Notes under the pieces: model-generated
What the model was told of the DNA's origin: nothing
Databases searched by the model: none
What the model saw: the letters and a program-made list of their open reading frames with translations, nothing else
Assembly (NCBI GenBank): GCA_013239625.1
Contig: MU053379.1
Location: 2,462,866-2,526,865 of the forward strand
Reading direction: 5' to 3'
Origin: Lama guanicoe
Lineage: Eukaryota
Length of the DNA: 64,000 bases
Program-made: the position numbers and the translations under genes
Shown: one piece after another, positions 47,648 through 59,600 of the stretch
Layout: each line of letters begins with the position of its first letter
Position numbering within the stretch: position 1 is the first letter of the stretch

Positions 47648-50600
47648 GTAAGTACGGAGCACAGTACGCTCAAGACTGTTTGTCGGTTTTATCGCACAAC
47701 TGAGAGGGCCTCCACTCCTTTGTCCTCAGGGGCTTGTGGCGGGGAAGTCGGTAGCAAAACATCTGCCCTCCTGAGAACAACCATGTGTAATTCCTGCAAC
47801 AACATGTAAACTGAAAAGATTTCTCATGGGTTTTGGATTCAGGCAAACTTGGGTTCTGATCTCAACTGCCCACCCACTAATCCAGTCACCTGGGGCAAGT
47901 TAATAATATTAGCTACAGTTTTGAGAATTTATTTTCTTTCAGGCTCTGTGCTTTGCCAGCATGGACATATTTGACTCTGCGGTAGTCACTGTCATGTCCA
48001 TTTTACAGATGAGAAAGTGGAGGCCCGCCCAAGGTCCAGCAGCTGGGAGCTCACAAAGCCTGGGTGTGCTCTTAACCACTTCTGCTGAAATATTCTTCTC
48101 AACTTCAAAGTATGCATAGGGTTTTTTTTCTTAAAAGATCTTTTCTTCTCCCTGTCTTTTGTTTTTTTTTTTTTTGGACACCACAGTATAAATATGCTAT
48201 TATCTGTTCCTCATTATTTTTACTGAATATGATAAGAGATAGCTCAGTATTTTGGATTTCATAGAGCTTCATGTTAAATACAATGGAAATGTTTAAACAA
48301 AGGCCAGCCTAAGACATTAAAATGAACAGTTTCTGATCCCCATGCTGATGAACATCATGTAAATTGGCACGATTTTGTTGGCGAGCCGGAGGGCAATATA
48401 TAAAAAATGCTCTAAAAATATATATACCGATGAAATGATTTCATTTTTTGGCATTATTGGGGATTAAACATCTTAATGATGTCATCCGGATGGAAACACA
48501 TTGATACACACACACACACAGAGACACACAAAGACACAAAAGGACTATGCAGAAAACATCAAAATGAAATCAAACTTCAGGACAATAGCAGGAACCCATG
48601 CAGCTTTCTCCTTGAAGATTTTTGCTTCATTTTAGAAATCTCACACTTCTCTTTTGACTGGTTTGCAAACAACAGAAGATAAATATTCTCTCCACTTAAG
48701 GAGGGAAGTTGTAAATTTCTTCATATAAAGCTGTGTTGTACTTTGTAAGGATAAAAGAGACATAACCCCCCTGCATTAAAGTGGACAGTAAGGAAACTAG
48801 CCTGTTTCAACCTCAGTGTGGAAGGAAGGGGGATAAAGTCCCCCCAAGAATTCATATGAACATGTTGATTTGAGTCTGTGTTAATTTCCTGTGTAGCTTC
48901 CCGAAGCTTCAGAACTTCCCAAATAATGAATGCATTTTCAGACAACCAAAACTAAGTTAGTTTCCCATAGACTGAATAAAGTAAAGAAACTGGAGAGTTT
49001 GATTAAAAATGGTTGCAGGTCAGTATTGTGTCCAGGAGACCGGCTGAAATAAGTACAAATCACATCTGAAGGACAAGAGCTTCAGCTCAGACTTCAAATA
49101 CTACTCCCAGATAAAGCTCCAAGGAACAGGAATTCACAATTTCACAGTGAAAACCCGCAAATGTACAAAGAAACATGCACCATTAGGGAGAACCAGCAAC
49201 AAGAAATGTACAGCAGAATCAGAATCACAAAAACTTCAAACATAAGTCAAAGAATGTAAAATAACTATGTTTACTATGTCTAAAGTAAAAAGATATATTT
49301 TAAAAGACCATAAAAATGAATAATGAGACTTGGGAAAAACAGTCTAAAAGACCATCTAGAAGAAACACAGTCAAAATTAAAAGCTCGGTGGATGAATTAA
49401 ACATCAAAATAGATACATTTGAAGATAGAAGTAGTGAACTGGAGGATCAATACTAATAAATTACCTAGAATTCAGCACAAAGAAACAGTGACAAAAAAAT
49501 AAGGATGGAATATTTAACAACTAGGTCTAAACAGACCTCTAAAAGGAGATAACAGGAAGTGGAAGTCAGTATTTGAAGAGATAATGGCTGAGACCTTTCC
49601 AGAATTGTTGAAAAGCACTAGTTCTTACAGAAAGCCCAATAAATCCCAAAGAGGATAAATCACAGAAAATTCCACAACTAGCCACATGAGAACGAAACAG
49701 GAAAACACCAAAGCTAAAGAGGATGTCTGAAAAACAGCCATAGAGAAGAGACAACTGACCTGCAATTGCACAACTAGAGGTTAGACTAATGATGACTTTT
49801 CAGTAGCAACAGTGGTGCCCGGAAGACAGTGGAATGTCTTCAGTACTGGGGAGAAAATAACATTAAACTAGAATCATATACCCTGTGAAATGATTTTCCA
49901 ATATCTAGGGGAAAGTGGATGTATTTTTAGGCAAACAAAAACTGGCTTACCAGTTAGTTTACCAGTGAACTCTGAATTAAGGAAATTCCTCAGAATGCCC
50001 AGTAGGCAGAAGGATGACTCTCAGCTGGAAAAAAACAAGATAAAAGAAGGAACGTCAATAAAAATATGTGCAAATATGTGGGTAAATCTCAGAGAAGATC
50101 TAACTTGTACAAAACAGTAACATTGACTAATCTAACATAGATATTAAATATAAACAGTAAGTTATAAGACATAAATAATAAGTTACATAAAATACAGAAC
50201 AAAAATAGCAGGTAAATTGGGAGTCATGTGATTAGAATGAAAGTAGTCTTAAGGTATTGCTCGAGAGGAATTGCCAGCATTCAAAAGTGACCCCCCCATG
50301 AGCCACACCTCCTGCATTAAGTCCCTCTGTAGTCCCTTCTTGCACTGAATCAGGCCTTGTGTCACCAATGGAAACAGCGAAAGTGATGCTCTGTGACTTC
50401 AAGTCTAGATCATGAGTCTGCAGCTTCCACTGGGCTCTTGGAGTGCTCCCTCTTGGAACCCAGATGCCATGTTGTTAAACACTCAGGTCACGTGGCCACA
50501 TGCAGGTGCGTCATCTGACGGCTTGGCCCGAGCTCCCAGCCAACAACCAGCATCAACTGTGCAGTGTGAGTGGAGCCATTCTAGGCATCACATGTTCAGA

Positions 50601-53600
50601 TGACTCAGGCACAAGCACCATCTGACTGCCATTACCTGAGAGACCCCAACCAAAAAACTGCTCAGTCACACCCAGTCAACCCACAAGGCCTTGGGAGATA
50701 AGAATAAGTTGTTGCTTTAAGCCACTGAGCTTTGGGGTGGTTTGTCACACATCAGAGATAACTGGAGCAGAGGGTAAAGACCTGGTTAGAAATACATGTT
50801 AACGTGGCGAAGACGTTAGGGATAACGATAGGGGTAGAGATTGTAAGTTCTGGTCTATGGAGGGGGAAATGGAACAGGAAATTTTAAACAAACCTGAACC
50901 CAAAAGAAGGCAAGAGAGGAGGAAGAAAGAAGAAACAGAACACATAGAGCATATTAAATTCATGTAATAGGAAGATAGAAAATTCAGCTATGTCAGTAAT
51001 CAAAATAAATGTAGCTGAGTAAAATTTTTCAGTTAAAAGATAAAAATGGACAGATAGGCTGAAAACACAGCAAAACAAAAAGCAGTCATATTTTACATAT
51101 GAGACACACCTAACATATAAAGTCATGGAGGGATTTAAAGTATTGGTGAAAAAAGATGCCAGCCAAAATTTCATCCCCCTCTTCCCCCGCAAAAAAAGAA
51201 AAAAAAAAGGCCAGTGTTGCTATATAAATAGCAGGCAGAATACACTTAAGGGCACAAAGCATCACTGCAGGTAAAGAGGGACATAACATGATGATAGAAG
51301 TTTCAGCGCTTGAGGGAGGCACGACAGCTTTAAACCTGTGTGCTCCTAATGACACGGTCGGAAAATATATAAAGCAAAAGCCAGTAGAACCAAAAGATGA
51401 AACAGACATGCCCACCCTCATAATGGGAGATCTTAACATACCTCTCTTAATACACGGAAGATCCAGCAAACTGGAAGTCAGTTACAATGGAAGAGGTTTC
51501 AACAAGAGCCCAGCCAAAGGCCTTGACTTGTGGGACATACATAGAACAGTGTACCCAACACTGAGAGCGTATGTGAGCTCGTCAAGTAGACATGGGAACA
51601 AGGCTAAAGACCGACTTCCTCTTAGACCTCCACAGCGGCTGGCAGCACACGTAATGCATTCTCCGACAACAGTGCGATGAACTTAGAAATCAATACAAAA
51701 AGATAACTAAGAAATACCCATATATTTGAAACTGTAAATGCAAAAATGAATAATCATGAGTCAAAAAAGAACAATTGGAATACATGAGTTGAATGAAAAT
51801 AAAAATCTATTTCTATGTTAGATATATATTTACACGCACACAACTACACAGGCACAGTACACATGAAATCAGGTTAGCTTTGTGTGCTGCGGCCGAAGCA
51901 GGTGTGGGTGTTTATGACATTGGAGGCTCCCACGCCTCCGCCTCCGTATTCTCTGTGCCTCTTTGTCCCCCCATCCCCCTGTAGACCCTTCCTCTTACAT
52001 CGGCCTGGGCCTGTGAATTACCCAAGAGAATGTGCTGGAAGTGTGCCGTGCCCGGGCCCAAGCCTAGGGCAAGCCGTGTGAGGTGTCCTGGGCACTCACC
52101 ACCAGGTGCTGACCCGGCACCAGCCCGAGGCAGTGCTGCCTCCAGTCCTGAACTCTGGGCGCCTCTCCTGCCTGGGCTGAATCCCAGCTCTGCCCGGCAG
52201 CATTTGATTTTGCGCTCCGGGGAGCCTCAGGTCACCACGTGGAAAAGCCGAGTGGAGAGGCCAGATCACAAGGGAGAACTGAGGACCCCAGCCCCTGGCA
52301 AGAAATGAGGCCCCAGGCCATCTGAGCCACCTCCACTGAGGCACGAGGTGTGTGAGTGAAGAAATCTTCGTGGAGGTTCCAGCCCAGCAGGTAGTCCCGC
52401 TGAACTCGGGCCGAATTCCCAGCCCATTTAACCCTGAGTAAGTGAAACAGCAGGGCCCCACTAGGGCAGAGTCATCTGGATGCAGAAAGACCCAGAGCAG
52501 CAGGTCTCGGAGGAAACGGGGAACCTTGAATTCTCACTGCAGAAGAGAAGAAGGGCCCACCACAGGGTTCTGAGCTTGCTGCCAGGTTGGGCAAAGAACT
52601 GCAGAATCAACGCAGGGAAGACAGAGTGAAGGAAAGGATGGCTGAGAGCAAGTGTCCGTGAGACAGAAGGGAAGCGTCCTGGGAGCATCGGCAGAGCCTG
52701 CAGTCGCTTCTTTAACAAGGTGCAACTTCTCAGAAAAGCCCTGACGAGATTCATCAGGAAGGAAAGAAAGACGGTCACATTTTTGAAAAATGTAGTGTGA
52801 AGAGGACATAAGTGACATGTGGCAGCTTGAGCAGGTAGTAAAGATGTTGCAAGTCCACAGCCCCCGGACCGAGGCTCTCAGCAGTGTTTCCGATTGCAGG
52901 ATGTTAGAAATCCATTCTGTGCATTTACTCTGCCAGCAAGGGCTGGAGCGGCTCCCCAGCTCACACACACTAATGTCTGCGTGCCAGACGCGTGGAGATG
53001 TTCTCTAACCGGGGTGAAGACCATAGAGTAACCTCATGCCACTCCTTGTCTGATTTGGCTGCTGCCAGCTTATCTGCATAAGATAACGTTCTGGTCTGCA
53101 GGGCTTTTTGGACTTGAAAGGATGGGGGACCTATATTAAAAAACTTCATGCCAAAAATTCTGAAAATGTGGGTGAAAGAATACATTTCTAGAAAAATGTA
53201 TTTTCCTAAAGTCAATTTTAAAAGTGATAGAAACCCATTAAAAAATTGAATTGGTAATTTTAAGTCCTTGCACCAGTGAAATAGCAGATACAACAGCCTT
53301 TACAAGCTAACTGTACGACGTGTTCAAGGGTTAGGTACATCTCCACCGAATGAAACTTCCTGGGAGCAGAGAGACAGAGAACACTCTTTAATTCACGTTA
53401 TGAGGCCAGCGTCAGGTTAATACCAAAACCAGAGGGAGGCAATACAGGAGAGGGAGGTGAACTGTTAATCTCACACAGAACGAGAGATGGAAGTTACATC
53501 CAATCTTGTTCACGATTGTAAACGCAAAAATTCTAAACAAAACATTAGGAAGTGAACCTAACAATGCATTAACCAATCAGAACATTGATTACTTCGCCAC

Positions 53601-56600
53601 ATGCACAGACTGAAGGAGAACAAGTATATAATCATCGCAATAAATACAAACATCTGATAAATTCAACATTGCTTCTTACATAACTCTCAGTAAAATAAGA
53701 ATATAGGGCAACTCCCATAACCTGCTTGCTAGAAGTGTCTGTAAAAACCCTGAATACACACAGTACATAATGACAAGATAAAACATTAAAAGAACCCCTC
53801 TTGCTTTAAGGAGCAGGATGACGAGGCCTGCTGTCAGGACTTCTGTTCAGCATTGAACTGGAGAGCCTCGCTGTTGCAGTAAGAGAGAAAAATAAATTTT
53901 AGAGAAGTGTTAGGATCTGAAAGGAAGAAAGAAAACATTATTTGCAGATGACACATTCTGTATATAGGAAATCAGAAGGAATGTGCAAACAAATCATTAG
54001 AATTTGTGCAAACATTTTAAATTGCTGGCTGCTAAGTCATTAACCAAAGACTAACTGCATCTTTATATACTAGCAATGAACGATTAGAAAACATTTTAAA
54101 AGAAGATACGATTTATACATTTTTTGAAAGAAGATACGATTTCCACGCATGCCAAAGAGTATAAAATACCTAACGGTAAGACTGACGAAAGTAGCGCCAA
54201 GCCTTTTATGGGTTATGTTATCAAATTTTATTGAAAGGCATTAGAGAAGACCTGAAGAAAGGAAGAGGTGTACCGTATTCGTGGATCCAAAGATTCAGTA
54301 TCATAAAGAAGTGAATTCTTCACCTAATCAAAGTCCAGTAACAAGATTATTTAAGTTGGTAATATGGGTGTAAATTTATATGGCAGAGCAAAGGGCCAGA
54401 GCAATCTGAAAGACGGTGGGAAGACTTGCCCACCTAAAGGCTCGTAATTAGGACAGTGCTGTCGTGACCAAAGCCAAAGACTTGGGCCACAGAAGAGATC
54501 CCAGAAACAGAGCCACACACCTATGAGAACTTGATGATGACAGTGACAGAGACAGCATGATGTCGAAGCCAGTGGGGAAAGGGTGTACCACACGATATTG
54601 GTGCCGGGACAATGTGTCATCCACACGGAAAGGAGAATATATGTAAACAGCAGCCTCATGTCACACCAAAAACCGCCAGACAATTCTGGGTGAACTGACA
54701 ACTCATATGTGAAAAACATCGAACATCTTGTATTCCCAGCTCATTCATCCAGCTTCCTGGCGGAAGTCACCCCTTGGAAACCTAGTAGGTAGTTCCGACC
54801 TAGCGTTGTCTTCACCTGCCTGCAAACGACTCTGCCCACACTTGCCCCATCTCAGTAACGACAGCCACTCCAGCCTTCCACTTGCTCACACCGAACACCC
54901 TGGCGTCATCCTCTCTGTCTTTCTCTCACGTCCCACACCAGCAATGGCTGTCAACTCCACCTTCACACACCCGGGACCTGGCCTCTCCTCCCACCTCACT
55001 CCTACCCGCCCCGCTCCCCCCGGTCTGGGGCACCAGCATCCTGGCTTGAGCATTACCACGGCGCCCTCAGTGGTCCCCCCTGCCTCCACCTTGAGGTCAC
55101 CCTCGCCCCTCCTCCCTTCTGCTGCACCAAACTGTTCTCAACGTAGCAGCCAGAGTGACATTACTGACACTGGTAGGGTTGTGTCATGCTTCTGCTCAAA
55201 GCCCTGAGCTGGTCTGCCACTCCCTGCCCCAAGCTGTGCGGAGACCACACTTGTCCCCTCAGACCTCATCTCCCTTGAACCACACTGACTCCCTTTACTT
55301 TTCCTGCTGCGCCCCAGGCACGTTCGTGCCCTACCCTCTGGTTACTTTCTCTCCGTCCAAGCTCAAATGCACGCTGCCTCCTCCTGGAGGCACCCCTGCA
55401 TACGAAGTACATCCTCTCCCCCTTGTTTTTCTCTATCGCACTTACCACCCCCTGACATTCTATGCATTTTACTTTTTCTGGAAAACTCACAAGAGTAGGG
55501 GTTTTGCCTGTTCCCTGCTATACCTCCAGAGCCTGGGAACAAGGCTTAGCACTTGGTAGATGTTCAATAAATGTTTGTTGCATGAATGAATGAATGCAGT
55601 ACTAGCCGTGTGACTGTGCAACCGGGCAGACCCTTTCCGCATAGCCTCTGCCTTAGCTCCTCTCTGAAGTGCTCAGTTAGCAGCGTCTGATGCATATCCT
55701 GACCAGATGCTAAACCCGCCAGGGAATGGAATTAGCTGCTTGATGATCATGAGCGCCGGACCCAGACCTTCTGGCGCCTGAGGACTGAGCACCGTCGGCC
55801 AATCAGAGGACTGTGCACAGCTGATCACCTGCCCTGCGAGCCCCCTCCCTCACCAGGCCTTTAAAAAGGCTTCGCCGAAACCCTTCGGGGAGTTTGGGAT
55901 TTTCCTGGGTGTAAGCCACCCCGTCCTCCTCGCGCGGCCCTGCGGTAGACTTTTCTCCGCTCCACACTCCGACGTCCGGTTTGCTTGGCCTCCCTCTGCC
56001 TCGGGCACATGGACTTGCCGTGAGGAACAACTGTGCGTGAGTCACTCAATCCCCTAAACCTTAGCTTCGTCCTCTGTGGAACGGACACTTGTGCCTAGTT
56101 TGCAGGGTGAGTGGCGCAGTGAAAACAACTGTTGGGTGCAGTGCAGTGGGACCGGCTCCAGCAGGGGCTGCGGGAGCCTCCCCGGCCCGCAGAGCAGGAG
56201 GAGGCACTGCCCCGGCGCGCGGTCCCGGGAAACGCTGCCGACGGCGGCGGGAGGGGAGGCTGGCGGCGCTGAGCTGGGGGCCAGGAGCCCGGGGGCCTCT
56301 CACCGCCTGCCGCGCGGAGCCCTTTGAATCTCCCCCGCGTGAGTACGCTTCCCTGCGGAAACACAGGCGACGCCCGGCGCGGGAGCCACCGCGCGGCTCC
56401 GACTGCGGCTCCGGGGCTGACGCCGCAGGTCCGGGGCCCCGGGCGCGCACGTGACCGCGCGGTCGCGCCGCCCGGGGCGCGTCCTCTGAGCCGCTGCGCA
56501 GAAGGCGGAATGCGGGTGAAGGCGCGGGTTGCAGCTGGGGCCTGTCTGCAGACCTACAGATTTTGTTCAGGAACTTCCACACATCTGCTTCCACAAATCC

Positions 56601-59600
56601 TGTCCACGGGCGGTGCTCGTTACCCGAACGTTCTCGTCCGCGCGTTGTTTCCAAAGGCGAGCTCCCCGCCCTGCTGGGTCCGGGAGCCCGCGTGGCGAAG
56701 GCCCTTCCGTAGCTCCTGGATTGGCGGTCATGAAGAGCACAGCTTCCACGGTGAGGCAGGGGAGAAGTGAGAGGCTTTTTTGAATGTTAAAATGGGATCC
56801 TCATAACTGAAAACGTGGAGACCTGTGCTAGAAGCCAGTGTGTTTTCAGAAGGAAAAGTAAATTTACATTTTGGTTGGTGTCCTGGGGCTCCCAAAACAG
56901 CCACTCTGCTCCCCGGCCGGGGTGGCCGCCACCTTCACGCTGGTAACTCCATCCCTGCGGCTCGGAGGCCCTTCCTCCTGGCGCTTCAAAAACTGGCATT
57001 TTCTTTTCTAGTTTATTCATTTTCACTTTACTGGCTGCTGGCTCTGTCACAGATACAGGAATGAGTTAAGACTGGTCTCACCTAAAAACCCTGCTCAGTT
57101 TTCTGGGGAGGGGGGAGTGGCAGCCACGACGGCTGCAGTTCAGGGTGTGGGGACAGAAGGGGACTCTCAGCCCGGCTTCACTGACACTGCTCAACCAGCA
57201 GAAACTGGGGACACGGACTCACCGAGGTTTCCATCAAGTACAGTTAAGTAAAACGAGTTTTGACTGAACTTGGAAAATTCCTTAAACCAACTGAGTAAAT
57301 GAAATATTGCTCTAATGAAAAGAACTCTGATTTCAATTGTTTATAGTAACTTTGAGCTTTAATATATTTTGTATGAAATACATACATGTGTGTGTATTTT
57401 TTAAGACAACGGCTCCTTGGTTTGGATTTGGCTTATTGCAAATAATTCTAAACCAGCTTTAAAGAAACAGACCTTGTCCACTACCTTTTTGCCCTCCCTG
57501 GCCCTCTTCTGCTCCCACGATGACTTATCTGTCCTGTAGAGGACCTAATGGCTAAGAGGAAGTAAGAAGTGGAAATTATATATTCAGAAGGATGTGCTGC
57601 AAAAGTTACATTTTGCAGTCAGCTCTTTGGAAATTGCGATGCATTTTCCCATTGAAACAGAGTTATTCGTGGCTGTCTTCCCAGGCCCACCCACAAAAGC
57701 CTATTTAGTCTGTAACGTCTGTGTGGTACAGTGCTGCGCTAATTGCAGTACCGAACACAGCCCCCACCCTAGGTTCTCGTGGGCAAATGCATTTCAAGTT
57801 CAAATTGGGATTCCAGGAACACATCTCCTGGGCTTCCCTGAGGGGATGGCGGCTGCCCGGTCCCAGCTTTGCCCACCTCCTCCTCCACTGCCGTCAATGA
57901 CGTGAGCGGGCTCCCTTGCCCTGGGCCTTTTTTCATCTGAATTAGAGTCAGAACTCTCAGCGTGAATCTTAGGTCGTGGCTCCGGGAACCCGGAGCAGAG
58001 GAGCCCAGGGAACCAGGAGCTGGGGGAGGAGGAGGGCCCTCCTGGAGTGGAACGAGGGGAAGGGTCCTCAGTGAGTCAGATGGGAGAAGCTGGGGGCTAC
58101 TTCCTCCCACTGAGGAGCACCCCATATGGATTCGGTGTTCTCGGTACCTGAGGGCAGGCAGGTGCTGTGCTTGCCCGGGGCCCCTGGGCCGGGTGCACCC
58201 CTGGTGGAATCCCCCGGGGCTGAGGGGTGTGGCTTCCTATGAGAGGGGATGGTGGCTGGTGGCTGTCAGCACTGAGATTGACATCCCAAGCACAGTGTTT
58301 CCCAGACGTACCCTCTGGTGGTACCCGAGGTGATTTGACTTGACACGTGCAGAGCAATTTTTACTTTAAATGTTGTATCTTCATTTTTATAGTTACCTTC
58401 TATGTATAGAAATGCATACTGGTTTTCCACTTATGATAGTGATGTAATTTTTTTTATTGAAATGGACTTATTTAAGCCAAAAGTGAACTGGTTTACGAAA
58501 ATAAGCACAAGAAATGCACGTGTCTGAGAGTCCGCCCTCTGCTGCACGGCTCTAGGATAATGTTCTGCCAACAAGTGGAGAAAAGCAGGCTACAAACAGT
58601 ATGGGTTGTGGGATTCCATTTTTATAGATGCACAAAGTGCACAGCAATGTATAACTACACTCAAAAAGAAAGGTAAGTCTAGTGAGATGGCCGCCAAAAT
58701 ACGGACAGTGGTCAGTTATTAATAGGAGGTGGTATCAAGGGTGATTTTTTCCAAATTAGTTTTCTCTCCCTGCTTGTGTTTCCTACTTCCGACTGCACTG
58801 ATGCCGCATCAGTCTCCAGCAGAAACCTCGCTGGGAAGCGCACATGACTTTCTCTCTAGCTTCCCCCTGGTCTCTCCTCTGTGGTCGTATGCTGTCTTCT
58901 CTCCTGGTCTCCTTAACAGGAATATGGGTAACTTCTGCCTTCTTTGCTTTTTGAAGGAACATTTAAATCTCTCTTTCTCTAACTTAAAACACCAGTAGAT
59001 TCCATTCAGCTGAGAAAATGAAAACTGCATTTCAAGTTACATACAAGTGGTTGTCCACGTAGTAAACGGCGTGCTGTCTCTAAGTCACCACTCCTGCTGC
59101 CATGACAGGCCACGTCACGGGGCAGCCCTTGGGAGGGACCTTGAGGACGCCCCTGTGGCGCAGCCAGCAGAGTAAGAGTAGGAGGACCTCATCTTTATCA
59201 ACTCACCCAGTCGCCTCCACTTTACAAGACCCTCAGGGTCCCCATCGCTGCAGCTGGATTCGGTGGTACTGCAGGTGCTCGGATTCCAGTAGAACCATTA
59301 GCCCAGGGACTTGGGCTCAGGATTTGGACAAAGTGGTTTAAAATACTGACCAAGGTGGGCCAAATTCTCAGCTCTCTCTCACACACATGCACTTCTTGTA
59401 TTTAATTATTTTCTTTAAAATAATTCACTTTTGGCTTAAATAAGTATTTCAATAAAAAATTACATCACTATCATAAATGGAAAACTGGTATCCCCTCCTG
59501 TAAATGGAAGGTAACTATAAAAATGAAGATATAACATTCAAAACAAAAATTGCTCTGCATGTTTCGAGTCCGATCACCTCGGGTACCAACAGAGGGTACC

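Noticed and set aside
54091..54143. Short direct duplication (aaagaagatacgattt x2)
   Set aside because: Slippage within a decayed L1; no functional hint.
56061..56783. Cluster of 80-197-aa Arg/Pro/Gly-rich ORFs
   Set aside because: Artefact of very high GC content; no splice or homology support.
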